From positions 1 through 55,904 of the forward strand of contig NW_021833690.1 of the NCBI RefSeq assembly GCF_006345805.1: a stretch of 55,904 bases of DNA, in the 5' to 3' direction. Below are positions 1 through 12,648 of this stretch, piece by piece. Position numbers and translations under genes: made by a program. Numbering within the stretch: position 1 is the stretch's first letter; the number at the start of each line of letters is the position of its first letter. Under the pieces are notes generated by a model. The model saw nothing but the letters and a program-made list of their open reading frames with translations, was not told the DNA's origin and searched no databases. Origin of the DNA: Octopus sinensis (Eukaryota).

Positions 1-27
1 TAAAACTAAAGTGTTGGTTTCAAGAGT

Positions 28-74
<47 letters not shown>

Positions 75-140
75 GTGTGTGGTGTGTGTGCGTCTGCATG
101 TTGTATGTGTCCCGTATTTCTATCTATCTATCTGTCTATA

Positions 141-536
141 GGTGGGTGAATGTAGCAAAGATGGTGCGTGTGAGTGACGAAACCACTTTGAGCATGATCC
201 TGAAAATCGTAATAGAGAGAGAGAGAGAGAGGGGAGAGAGAGAGAGGGGGAGAGAGAGAGAGAGAGAGCACTTTGCTCTCATGTGTTTATTTCCTCCCTG
301 CCTGAGGTTACCGTGGTCTTTTCTGTAGGCTTTTCTAATCTTGTTTGTTAGTTTGAAAAAAAAAAATTCTTTCTGTGATACACGATCCCTTTTGATTGCT
401 TTTTTCCCCCGATCCCTTTTGATCGAAATTTTGCATTTGTTTCCTTTTTTTTTTCTTTTTCCATCTTCGAAAAGAAAAGCTCTACATTTGTATTTGTCCC
501 CTCTGTATCCAGCTCTGTGTGGCCAATAAAGAAAGT
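141..536 (+). mobile_element. 3' fragment of L1/Tx1-clade LINE (diverged copy of the 40842-46222 / 51361-52390 family)
   Basis: Shares GGGTGAATGTAGCAA, GAGGTTACCGTGGTCTTTT, AAAGAAAAGCTCTAC and the AATAAAGAAA-(TCTA)n end with the copy at 51361-52390. Confidence 0.8.
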
Positions 537-730
537 TATCTATCTATCTATGTGTACATACACACAGGTTTAGGCGGGATGGTCATGGAAGGAACTATTT
601 TGATCATAGCTCTGCTCGAACCCAGTTATGAAAGCAATTCTTTTCGTTGCAGTATCCCTTTTAATGTAGGCTTCTTTAAGAGAGAGAGAGGGGGGAAGAG
701 AGAAAGAGAGAGAGGGGAGAGAGGGAGAAA

Positions 731-773
731 GAGGTCGACTTTGTTCCCTTCATCCTTTTCGGGTCAATAAAAT
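731..773 (+). mobile_element. SINE family B central fragment
   Basis: GAGGTCGACTTTG..CTTCATCCTTT.CGGGTC matches the copies at 14638 and 24095. Confidence 0.5.
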
Positions 774-780
774 CTATGTA

Positions 781-914
<134 letters not shown>

Positions 915-1061
915 ATATTAGGGAATAAATCCAAATTTACAGGGAAAAATCAGATTTAGGATTGCGCACACACACACTCGAGCACACACACACACACACA
1001 CACAACACACACACACACACACACACACACACTCAACAATGTGTGTGTGTGTCTTTGTTTC

Positions 1062-1136
1062 TTTGTGACTGTGTTTGCCCCTCACCACTGCTTCACAACC
1101 GTTGTTAGCTTGGTTGCGTCCCCGTAGCTTAGCGGC

Positions 1137-1137
<1 letters not shown>
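1062..1137 (+). mobile_element. SINE family A internal fragment
   Basis: TGTGTTTG.CC..ACCAC.GCTT.ACAACCG...CGT.CCGTA.CTTAGCGG matches the post-microsatellite body of the copy at 11611-12025. Confidence 0.55.
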
Positions 1138-1215
<78 letters not shown>

Positions 1216-1297
1216 GTCTGTCTGTCTGCCTATTTCTGTCTATCTGTCATTAATATTACCATCATTACTATTACCATAGCCACTATTGCTACTAATA

Positions 1298-1359
<62 letters not shown>

Positions 1360-2388
1360 AGCATTAATACCAGCAAAACAATATATGCATCACGCGGTTA
1401 GCAATATAATAGCAAAAACAACAACCACAACAACAATAATACAGTACCATGCAAAGCATTATAGATCGGCATATACATATAAAAAGAAAATTGAAAGACA
1501 TTGATTTACATCATAGAAAATTCCACAGGTGTACATGCGTTTATACGGACTGTGATATGTGTAAAGTATTAAGTTCAGTGATAGTTAAATATCGAACGGC
1601 CAATACGATTGGCCGGCACATTTGAATTTCAATTGTCTTCGTTACGGTTGGTTTGTTAAGAAATACTCACATACGTATACACGTATATGTGCGCTTACAC
1701 ATGGATAAATCACAATACAGGAAATACTAGCTTACATACACACATATATGTATACATACATAACTACACTTATTAATTTGTGGTAAAACATTTTACCTTT
1801 GCCCATATAATACAGTGAATGAATTAATTGCATCGCAATTCTTAACATTTATGTATTAACTTTGTTGGGTGCTTTACTAGCGGTATATTGGATACATGTT
1901 ATCCCATGGTGGGTTGCACTCACAACCCCTATCTCAATTGTATATATATATATATATATATATATACATCGAGTACAGGACGTCACCAGCGAGTGAAAAT
2001 TACGTAGACACACGAGCTATAAATACAGGACAAATTACCAAAAAAAGTAAAATATAAAATTTCTGGAGAGCTAGAGCTTCGAACGAACAAACAACGACAG
2101 AGTGGACGTACAGAGTAAACAATCGACGAAGACAAATATTAAGGGCTGTTAGGCAAAGACGCATTGTAATGGGTAACGCTTGGAAGAAATTTTGAAAGGA
2201 TATAGAATAAATCCGAGAGAATAAAAGAGAAAAAGGATAAAAAATGTTGGGAGGAGATATAAAATTACACCCAGCTAAGAATGTATCACATCCAGAAAAG
2301 ACGGAGGTGAGGAAAAAAATGGCCTGTAGTCACGTGGGAACAAAGAGGCAGAAGAGAAGGTAGGCAAGTGAGAGGATGAGAGAAAAAC

Positions 2389-2445
2389 CAGTAATCCCTC
2401 GACTATCGCGGGTGTTACGTTCCAAAACTCCACTCGATAGGTTAA
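2389..2445 (+). mobile_element. Tigger/pogo-like left TIR fragment
   Basis: CAGTAATCCCTCGACTATCGCGGGTGTTACGTTCCAAAAC is nearly identical to the start of the MITE at 55007. Confidence 0.65.
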
Positions 2446-3053
2446 AATTTTGATAAAAATTTTCAAAAAACCTTTCAAAATTTATAATGAGAACTTTCAG
2501 AAAAATTTTCAGAAATTTTGATGAAAATTTTCAGAGAAATTTTCTAAAATTTTGATAAAACTTTTCAAAGACTTTGATGAAAATTTTCAAAAAACTTTTC
2601 AAAAATTTTCAAAATACTTCTTAAAAACGTTTGATGAAATTTGACGAAAATATTCATGAAATTTTTCAGATGTTTTGATGAAAATTTTCAGAAAAATATT
2701 CAAAAATTTTGATGAAAGTTTTCATAAAATTTTTCAGACGTTTTGATGAAAATTTTATAAAATTTTGATAAAAATTTTCAAAAATTTTGGTTAAAACTTT
2801 TCAAAATTTTCAGGAAAATTTTCATAAAATTTTTCAGATGTTTTCATGAAAATTTTCAGAAAAATTTTATAAAATTTTGATTAAAATTTTCAAAAAACTT
2901 TTCAAAAATTTTGATGAAAATTAAAAAAAAAAGTTTTAAAAAATTTTGATGAAAATTTAGAGAAAAATTTTCGAAAATCTACCAAAAATTTTGATGAAAA
3001 TTTTCGAAAAACTTTTCCAAAATTTTGATGAAAATTGTCAAAAAACTTTTTTT
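2446..3053 (+). repeat. AT-rich satellite, ~33-34 bp unit made of ~11-bp AAAATTTT sub-units (left arm, GATGAAAA orientation)
   Basis: Recurrent AAAATTTTGATGAAAATTTTCAAAAAACTTTT. Confidence 0.9.
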
Positions 3054-4348
3054 GGTGAGCATCCCCTAATATGTGGCACTTGGTGAAGAATGGAGTTTGA
3101 TATAGCTACTCTCATTTGCACCTCTTGCCGTGAGGTAGGTTCATCTGGGACTCTTGACAGGAAGATGTCCAGCTTTGATTTAAAAACCGCTACATCTATC
3201 TTGTGCAAGTTCCTCAGACTCTTTGGGAGAATATTAAAAAGCTGTGGGCCCTTGAAACCCAGGCTGTTGCAATAGCTGGTCCTGAAGCTTGATGGCATTG
3301 CTGGGATCTTTGGCACTATGCAGTGTCGTCCCGTTCTAGCAATGGTGTAGCTTACAATGCCAAAATTTGGCACAATTCCTTCCAGGATCTTCCAGTCATA
3401 TATTACTGCATACCTCTCCCGTCTTCTCTTCAGGGTGTAGAGTCTTAGCTGTTTCAACCTTTCCCAGTAGCTGAACTGTTGCAAAGAGACGATCTTCTTT
3501 GTGAATCTTCTCTGGATTGCTTCAAGGTCCGCTGTTAATTTTACACTGGTGGGTGACCATAGCTGTGAGCAGTAATCCAGGCGGCTGAGGACGAATGTCC
3601 GCCAGGGGACCATCATGGTTTCCCTATCTCTGGTTCTGAATGTTTTTAGGATCCATCCAGCCAGTCGTCTGCATTTTGTCGCCATCCTGGTAATGAGCAC
3701 TTGGAAAGAGGTATCATCACTCATGTCGATACATAGGTCCCTCACAGACTTTGGCTCTGAGATTGAAATTCCCTGTGGACCGGTGTATCCTGTAAGTTTA
3801 ATATTCAGTTTTGGATGCTGGTAGCGCAGGGCCTGGAATTTTTCAGCATTAAACTGCATATTATTATCCTCAGCCCATCTGTAGATTGAGTCCAACTCCT
3901 GCTGCAGGTGTGCAGCATCGCTGGGGTTCTGAATTTTCTGCGAGACTTTCGTATCGTCTGCATAGTTTGCCAGAGTGGCTACCTGGTCGTTTGGGGGCAT
4001 ATCTGAGAGGGCCACTATAAAAAGCATTGGTCCCAAGACAGTGCCCTGTGGAACACCGCTCACTATTTGTGTGTTCATAGAGGTGGCTCCATTAACCACC
4101 ACTGCCTGACTCCTATCTTTCAGGAAATCATGTAACCACATTCCATGTTTTCCAGCTATGCCGAGGTCACGCAGTTTGTGGCATATCATACCATGATCCA
4201 CATTGTCAAAAGCTTTTGCAAAATCAAGGTAGATTACGTCCACATTTGATTTGTTGAGTAACTGCCTCAACACCCAGTCATAATGTTGTAAGAGCTGGGT
4301 CAGGCAGCTCCTACCTGGTCGAAAACCATGCTGGGTATCACTCAGCAA
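3038..4348 (-). pseudogene. LINE ORF2 reverse transcriptase and C-terminal region (CR1 group)
   Basis: QHGFRPGRSCLTQL, YLDFAKAFD, GVPQGTVLGP, YADD, YCSQLWSP, QRRFTKKI, RRRERY. Upstream ORF2 is broken into ORFs 4473-4730, 4755-5159 and 5196-5489. Confidence 0.9.
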
Positions 4349-5705
4349 GTTATTTTCTTTTTGACTATCCGTTCCATGACTTTACTGATGTGTGAAGTCA
4401 GAGAGATAGGCCTATAGTTTTTGGCATCTGCTCTAATTCACCCTTTATGTATTGGGCATATTATTCCCTCCTTCAGGTTGCTTGGCAGTTTGCCATTTGT
4501 AAGAAAGCTCTGGAAGAGAATCTTGAGGGTTTTGCCAGGGCATGCTTACACGCTTTGAGGAGGATGGCTGGGAAACCATCTGGACCAGCAGTTGAGTTTG
4601 TGTCCACTTCATCTATGGCTAGTAGGACATCTTCGTCGCTAATGTCAATACATTCTATTGTAACCGCCTCGCTGGTTATAGGTGAGGCGGCAAAGAAGTC
4701 CACTGGTTCGTTCACTTGTCTGTGTTCCAACAGGGTGGTAAAGATACTTTAGAACTAGTCATTCAGTATCTCACTGATCTTAGTTGGACTGTCTGTGAGG
4801 GAGCCATCCTTTTGGAGGAGGGGTCCTATCTTGTAGTGTACTGAGACTGTTTCTTTCGCGTAATGAAAGAAAGTCTTTGGGTTTGATTTAATGTTTTTTA
4901 TAACCCAGGCTTCTTTGTCTGCTCTCTCCCTCATATAGGATTGTTGCAGCCTTTTTTCGATCTCCGTCAGTGTTGTTTTTAGGCGGGATGTTTCGATACT
5001 TTTGGGATGTTGGTTGAGACGATTTGCAACCTTCGTTCGTCGTCTCATGAGGATCTTCCTGTCTCTTGGAATCTTGCTCCTATTTGTTTTGGCCTTGTGC
5101 TCTGGGACATATTTCTGGCATACGGCTTGCACAGAAAACATGAAACATTCTAGTTTCATGTCAATGTCCGGCCAGTCCTCTCTGAAAATCTCTTTTTAGA
5201 TCGATTTCCAATCTGCTTTGTGGAAGTTCAGATTGGAGAGATTTCGGGTGCTTCCTTTAGGCTGTATGTCTCTGGTTACTTTTGGTCCAAACATAGACAA
5301 CTCTATTATGTTGTGATCCGAAACTAATGTCGGTGTCACTTTCACATCATGAATGATGTCCATATTGTTCGTGAAGCAGAGATCCAGAATGTTATTCGCC
5401 CTAGTTGGTTTGAGTACAATTTGCTCCATGAATAAGGCATTGGTGAGGTTGAGCAGGGACTCCACCTGTACTTGCTTGCAATGATTCATTCCTGAGAGTA
5501 TGAGACCTTCGGGCCATTTGACGATGGGAAGTTGAAATCACCCATAAGAAATATGGTCACGTGGTGTTCCAGATTAATGAGGATTTCTTTAATTCTTGTG
5601 AGACCATCTTCAAACTTGCCTATGTGATTTCGAACATCCGGTGGGCAATATGTACTGCATATGACTATATTATGTTGTCTTATGTATACAATTAAAGTGT
5701 CACAT
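3054..5705 (-). mobile_element. CR1-group non-LTR retrotransposon, 5'-truncated within the AP endonuclease, frameshifted
   Basis: Minus-strand fragments: GDFN and ILDLCFTNN/SDHNII (APE), AGPDGFPAILLK, NYRPISLTSHISKVME, then the RT ORF 3038-4348. Confidence 0.9.
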
Positions 5706-5707
5706 TT

Positions 5708-7612
5708 TGAGAAGTTTTTTGAAATTTTTCATCAAAATTTTGGAAAATTTTTCTCTAAATTTTCATTAAAATATTTGAAAAGATTTTAAAAAATTTTTTT
5801 TCAAAATTTTTGAAACTTTTTCTGAAAATTTTAATCAAAATTTCTGAAAATTTTTCTGAAAATTTTCATTAAAATTTTGGAAAAGTCTTTTGAATATTTT
5901 CATCAAAATATCTGAAAATTTTCATCGAAATTTTGGAAAGTTTTTTGAAAATTCTCATGAAAATTTTTGAAAATTTGTCTGAAAATTTTCCTCAAAATTT
6001 TGGAAACTTTTCTCAAAATTTTCATCAAACTTTTTGAAAATTTTAATCAAAACTTTTTAAACGTTTTTTGAAAATTTAGATCAAAATTTCTGAAAATTTT
6101 TCTGAGAAGTTTCATCAAAATTTTGGAAAGTTTTTTGAAAATTTTTATCATAATTTTTGAAAATTTGTCTGAAAATTTTCATCAAAATTTTGGAAAGTTT
6201 TCTGAAAATTTTAATCAAAATTTTTTAAAAGTTTTTTGTGAATTTTCATCAAAATTTTTGTAAAGTTTTTGAAAATTTTCATCAAAATTTTTGAGAATCT
6301 TTCTGATAAATTTTCATCAAAATTTTGGAAAGTTATTTTTCAAATTTTCATCAAAATTTTGATATGTTATTTGAAAATTTTCATCAAAATTTTCGAAAAG
6401 TTTTTAAAAAATTTTCATCAAAATTTCTGAAAATTTTGAAGGGTTTTTGAAAATTTTGATCAAAATTTTGTAAAGTTTTTTCAAAAATTTTCATCAATAT
6501 TTTGATTAAAATTTTCAAAAAGTTTTTTGAAAAGTTTGATAAAATTTTCGGATAACTTTTTGAAAATTTTAATCAAAATATTGATGAAAATTTTTGAAAA
6601 AACTTTACAAAATTTTGATAAAATTTTCGGATAACTTCTTATCCGTAAATTTTATCAAAATTTTTGAAAAGTTTTTTGAAATTTTCATCAAAAATTTTCA
6701 GAATCTTTCTCAAAATTTTCATAAAAATTTTCAAAAAGTTTTTCGAAAATTTTCATCAAAATCAATATTTTGGAATGTTTGTTTGAAAATTTTCCAAAAT
6801 TTTTGAAAATTCTTCTCAAAATTTTCATCACAATTTTTCAAATTTATTTCGAAAATTTTCATCAAAATTTTTTTAAAGTCTTTTGAAAATTTTGATCTAA
6901 ATTCTTGAGAAGTTTTTAAAATATTTTTCTGAAAATTTCTTAAAATTCATCTGAAAATTTTGGAAAGTCATTCGAAAATTTTCATCAAAATCTCTGAAAA
7001 TTCTTCTGAAAAATTTCTTCAGAATTTGGGAAAGTTTTTTGAAAATTTTCACCAAAATTTTTGAAAAGTTATTTGAAAATTTTTTTGAAAAGTTTTTTGA
7101 AAATTTTGATCAAAATTTCTACAGTTTTTTGAAAATTTTGAAGAGTTTTTTGAAAATTTTCATCAAAGTTTGGAAAATTTTTCTGAAAATTTTCATGAAA
7201 ATTTTGGAAAATTTTTTGAAAATTTTCATGAATATTTTGGAAAATTTTTTGAAAATTATATCCAAAATTTTTGAAAAGTTTTGAAAACTTCCGAAAAAGT
7301 TTTTTGAAAATTTTGATCCAAATTTTTCTGAAAGTTTTTTTCAAAATTCTCATCAAAATTCTAAATTTTTTAAAGGTTTTATGAAAATTTTGATCAAAAT
7401 TTCTGAAAATTTTACTGAAAATTTTGATCAAATTTTTGGAAAGTTCTTTGAAAAATTTCATCCAAATTTCTGACAAGTTTTTTGAAAATTTTCATCAAAA
7501 TTTCTGAAACTTTTTCTCATCACAATTTTTGAAAGGTTTTTCGAAAATTATCATCAAAATTTTTGAAAAGTTTTTTCAAAATTTTCATCTAAATTTTGAA
7601 ACGTCATTTGAA
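5708..7612 (-). repeat. Same satellite, right arm in opposite orientation (TTTTCATC)
   Basis: Recurrent GAAAATTTTCATCAAAATTTTTGAAAAGTTTTTT, the reverse complement of the left-arm unit. Confidence 0.9.
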
Positions 7613-8189
7613 AATCACTAAATTATCCATAACTTTTGTATTATCCTCTCAAATTACACCAAAATCTCAGACAATAACAATTAGTATTGTATTTATTGTC
7701 TGTGAAAATTATAGAATATAATACAACTTTGATAAAAAATTATACCTACTTTTCTGACGAAAACAATGCCGTTCTGAACATTTTGGCTGCAACTGTATAT
7801 ATATATATATATATTTAAGTATAATTATAAAATTATAAAATTACAATTATCCTAATTATACTTAAACATAAAGTAACCATTATGGTACAAATTAGTACGC
7901 TGGCTACTGATAAATCATTAAATGATGACTTTATCCTAATTATGCATAAACATTATTCAAAGTATGTAGTATTATAGATTCATTTCAGCCGATTTTACCA
8001 ACAGGGTTTCCCACAGGTTATTTAATAATCAGGACAAAGCAAATTTGAAAGATCGATTCAAATGGATCTACAATACTGTATACTTTGATTGATATACCAA
8101 CTCTGTTGACAAATATACGAGTGCATATAGTTCAAAAAGCATATTTATCAAGTCAAAAATAGGACTCCGGTATAAAATTATACAATTTT

Positions 8190-8576
8190 TACTTCGCTTA
8201 CTTGTTTCAGTCATTTGACTGCGGCCATGCTCGAGCACCGCCATTAGTCGGACAAATTGACCCCAGGACTTATTCTTTGTAAGCCTAGTACTTTTTCTAT
8301 CGGTCTCTTTTGCCGAACCGCTAACTTACGGGGACGTAAACATACCAGCATCGGTTGTCAAGCGATGTTGGGGGAGGGACAAACACAGACACACAAGCAC
8401 ACACACGCATATATATACACTTATATACGACGGGCTTCTTTCAGTTTCCGTCTACCAAATTCACTCACAGGGCCCGAGGCTACAGAAGAAAACACTTGCC
8501 CAAGGTGCAACGCAATGGGACTGAACCCGGAACCAAGTGGTTGTAACCAAGCTACTTACCACACAGCCACTCCTGC
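8190..8576 (-). mobile_element. tRNA-derived SINE family A, near full length
   Basis: Reverse complement has the head GCAGGAGTGGCTGTGTGGTAAG..GGTTCCGGGTTCAGTCCC, a CCTTGGGCAAGTG core and the tail GGCCGCAGTCAAATGACTGAAACAAGTAA. Confidence 0.85.
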
Positions 8577-8933
8577 ATTCAAAAATTAAATAACTAACTA
8601 GCTAATTATCTAACTAGCTAACAAATTATTAATTTTATTACTACTAAACCATTAAAAAAAAAACTCCATTAAAGTCCTCGAATCCAATCGAGTACCTGTA
8701 AAAAAAAATAATAAAAGAGGGGGCAGATGGAGATATGAACCGAAAGTTTGGTACCAGCATTAGAGTGGGTCGACTCTTCACTACCGAGGACAATGAATGA
8801 GGGTGACCACTGATTAGTTTGCGGTTTCAAGCTGCGCATGCTGTGCTCGTCGAATTTATTTGGCATTCATGAGGTTATTGCATTGTTTACTCCGGCATTT
8901 CTATTGCATGTGTCAGTGGTTCATACATACACA

Positions 8934-9017
<84 letters not shown>

Positions 9018-9255
9018 TACACATTTATTTACACGCGCACATACGCGCGCACAAACAAAGACACGCACGCACGCACACGCTCTCTCACACACACACAACA
9101 CACACATATATTGTATATTTGAGTGTGCATATATACATACATTTATGCAAGTATATATATATATAAGTATATATATACATACACACACACACACACACAT
9201 ATATATATATCTATATCTATATCTATATCTATATCTATATCTATATATCTATATA

Positions 9256-9306
<51 letters not shown>

Positions 9307-9340
9307 ATATATATATATACATACACACACACACACAGAC

Positions 9341-9380
<40 letters not shown>

Positions 9381-9443
9381 CATATATACGCAGGTATATG
9401 TATGTATTGTATATATGTATACCTATCTATCTATCTATCTATG

Positions 9444-9486
<43 letters not shown>

Positions 9487-9608
9487 ATATATATATGTAC
9501 GTACGTACGTACATACGTATATATGTGTGTATCTATCTATTTATCTATGTTTGTATGTGTGAATGTGCTTGTATACACTCATGTATAAATGTATATACAC
9601 ACATAAAC

Positions 9609-9647
<39 letters not shown>

Positions 9648-11610
9648 ATGTTTATATGTGTGTGTATGTGTGTGTATGTGTGTGTATGTGTTGTATGTGT
9701 TGTGTGTGTGTATGTGTTGTGTGTGTTTTGTGTGTGTATTTGTGTGTGTCTTGGGTGGTGTTGGAGGGACTCTTAAGTATAATTGTATTAATCCCTAAGG
9801 AGATGCATAACAGATTTTATTTTGTTCTATCGTTATTATACAATATCGATATGCAGGTATAATAAATATATAAACAAGTAATAAAAAAGTTTTTAAAAAA
9901 CGGCAATGAAATGAAAGTAGCGAATAAAGGAGAACAAGAGAATGTACATGTGTAAATGACAGAGAGAGAGAGAGAGGTGAAAATAAAAATAATAATAGTA
10001 AAGATGAGAGGGTGAGAAAGCGATAGAAGGAGTGAAAGGCAAAATAGGAGGGAGAGCTGGAGACGGTGAAAGACTGAGAGAGGAGGTGAAAGGGAAAGGA
10101 AGGTAAAAAGCATAAAGCGGTAACATTTCATCATATAAAGTCACCATATGGTTAGGGGTTGCGATGTTGTTGAAGAGAGGATTCTTTCATAGCACCTCTC
10201 CCACTCTCATCTAAAGCACTTACTCCCACTCCTACTCCTACTCCCATTCCCCACTCTCACTCTTACTCTCATGCGTTCATTTACTCCCGCTCACTCTTTT
10301 TGCTTACTCTGACCCATTAGCTCCGTTTCTTCTTTCTCTCCTTTTTCTCCGTAACTCCTTTTCTCTCTCTCTCTGTATTTGTCTATCTTTCTCTCACAGT
10401 CTTTCCCTCTCTCTTTAATCACTCTCTGTCTCTCTCTTTCTCTCTCAGCCGATCTCGCTCTTGTTCCATTCTCCCAACCAGCGTGTTTTGCTGGTTATAA
10501 AGCCATCTGTCATGGAATGAGTGCTGTCACCCGCAGCCATATTGTAAACGATGTTCACTCCGTTTCAACGTTCCTGGTGTGAATGTCTAACTTGTGTCCG
10601 TCATTAGCAAATTTTTTTTCTTCCTATTACAATGTAACAGCCGAGGATGGTGAAGACGGTAGTGGTGAAGGTGGTAGTGAATACGGCGGCGGTGGTAGTG
10701 ATGGTGTTAGTAGTGGAAGAAGTGGTAGGGCCGCTGGTCGTTCTTGATGCCGTCGACGTTGCTCTTGTTTTGCTATTGTGGTGATGGCAGCGGAGGCGAT
10801 GACTGTTGTAGTAGTAGTAGTAGTAGTAGTAGTCGTGGTTGTGGTGGTGGTGGTGGTGGTTCATGATATTGTCGATGTTGATCATATGTCTACTGAGGCA
10901 ATTATTGTGGTGACGGTGGAGAGGATGATAGAAGTTTTTTTTTTTTTTTTGGTGCTGTTGATGTTACCTGCCCCCGCATCTTCATGTTGTTGCTGTTATC
11001 GTGGCGATAGTAATCTGGTGTTTACTGGTGTTGCTGGTGGTACTGGTTCTCATTGATGCTATTAGTGTTGTCTTTACTTTTATTTCGCTTGTCGTTGTTG
11101 TTGTTGTTGTTGTTGTTGCTGCTCCTGTTGTTATTGTTGTTGTTGTAGCAGCGGTGAAGTGGTTGGTGGCGACGTAAAGAGAATCCGGTTGGAATTCGAC
11201 TGAAAGTGGGAGACATTTGTCGGTTTGGTTTGTGGTGTGGTGCAACGTTGGGATGGTGGTGGGGCTTGGGCGTCTGATCAGGTAGGGCTTTCTTGAAGGG
11301 CTTCATCGCCTCCATCATAATAAATAACAACAAATATTTAAGTAGATTTTTTCCTATTCTTCTTTTCCTTATTAGCTCTTATTTCTTACTTTCTTTCTTT
11401 TTTTTTTCTTTCTTTCTTTCTTTCTTTCCCTTCGTTTCTTCCACTTCGTAAGAACTCAATTACATTCATTACATTTCTTTCTCTATTTCTTTCTTTAATT
11501 TTTTTTTTGTATAACCTCAGCAAAACGAATCGACAAGACAGGACTCACAATAGCCCGACACATAACTAGTGTTTGCTCATTTCCTCCATCTGCAAATAGG
11601 TACCATTTCC

Positions 11611-11747
11611 CTGTGTGGTAAGAAGCTTGCTTCCCAACCACATGGTTCCGGATTCAGCCCTACTGCATAGCACCCTAGTCTTCTACTATAGCCTCGGGCC
11701 GAACAAAGCGTTGTGTGTGTGATTTAGTAGACTGAAAGAAGCATGTC

Positions 11748-11806
<59 letters not shown>

Positions 11807-12025
11807 TTGTATATGGATATGTTTGTGTGTCTGTGTTTGTCCCACCACCATTGCTTGGCATTCGTTGTTAGTGGGTTTACGTACCCGTAATTTAGTGGTT
11901 CGGTAAAAGAAATCGATAGAATAAGTACTAGCTTACAAAGAGTAAGTCTTGGGGTTGATTTGTTCGACTAAAGGCGGTGCTCCAGCATGGCCGCAGTCAA
12001 ATGACTGAAACAAGTAAAAGAAATA
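11611..12025 (+). mobile_element. SINE family A with internal (TA)n
   Basis: CTGTGTGGTAAGAAGCTTGCTTCCCAACCACATGGTTCCGG ... CATGGCCGCAGTCAAATGACTGAAACAAGTAAAAG. Confidence 0.85.
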
Positions 12026-12054
12026 AAAAATATATGTATGTATGTATGCATGTG

Positions 12055-12107
<53 letters not shown>

Positions 12108-12163
12108 CTATATATATATATATATTTGTGTGTGTATGTATGTATATATATATGTATATATAT

Positions 12164-12400
12164 TCTTTTATTCTTTTACTAGCTTCAGTCATTAGGCCTC
12201 GTTCATGCTGGGGCATCATCTTGAACTATTTTTTGTCGAACGAATTAACGCCAGTACTTAATTTTAAAGGCTGATACTTATTCTATCGATCTCTTTCGCC
12301 GCCCAGCTAAGTTACAGAGACATGAACACATCATCAACAGTTTTCAAGTGGTGGTGGTGGTGGTGGTGGTGGGCCAAACACAGACCACACACGCACATAC
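12164..12400 (-). mobile_element. Diverged SINE family A, 3' half
   Basis: TTCAGTCATT..CATGCTGG.GCA..TACTTATTCTATCG..CTAAGTTAC..CAAACACAGAC. Confidence 0.65.
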
Positions 12401-12617
12401 TGACTACTGTTGTCCTACTACCGTCGACTTCACCGTATCCTTGAAACGGGGTAGTAAGCACTGAGGCGTTGCTAGCACTTGCACAAGGAGCCACCCTAAT
12501 CTATGGACAGAAGCGGCGACTTCCTCACCCCCTTTGCAGCCTGCAACCGTACCGTAATATACACCTACATACATACATACATACATACTACATATATATA
12601 TATATATATATATATAG

Positions 12618-12643
<26 letters not shown>

Positions 12644-12648
<5 letters not shown>

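Noticed and set aside
6594-7476. F/K/I/N-rich ORFs in the satellite
   Set aside because: A product of the tandem repeat; the codons only reflect A4T4 tracts.
7781-7797. Tc1-like TIR end TTTTGGCTGCAACTG-TA as the right boundary of the satellite element
   Set aside because: Too short, and it does not match the Tigger-like left end at 2389.
8669-8700. Minus-strand acceptor TTTTTTTTACAG before VLDWIRGL*
   Set aside because: A poly-T plus AG match is common by chance in AT-rich DNA, and only 8 codons follow.
8838-9862. Long ORFs of [10 protein letters not shown] dipeptide type (also near 17.5-18.5, 33.8-34.2, 49.6-50.2 and 53.1-53.7 kb)
   Set aside because: Translations of (CA)n, (TA)n, (TACA)n and (TCTA)n, which lack stops in some frames.
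10604-11333. Low-complexity H/N/T-rich ORFs, including MEAMKPFKKALP...
   Set aside because: A mosaic of trinucleotide repeats with stops between blocks; no domain or convincing splice signal.
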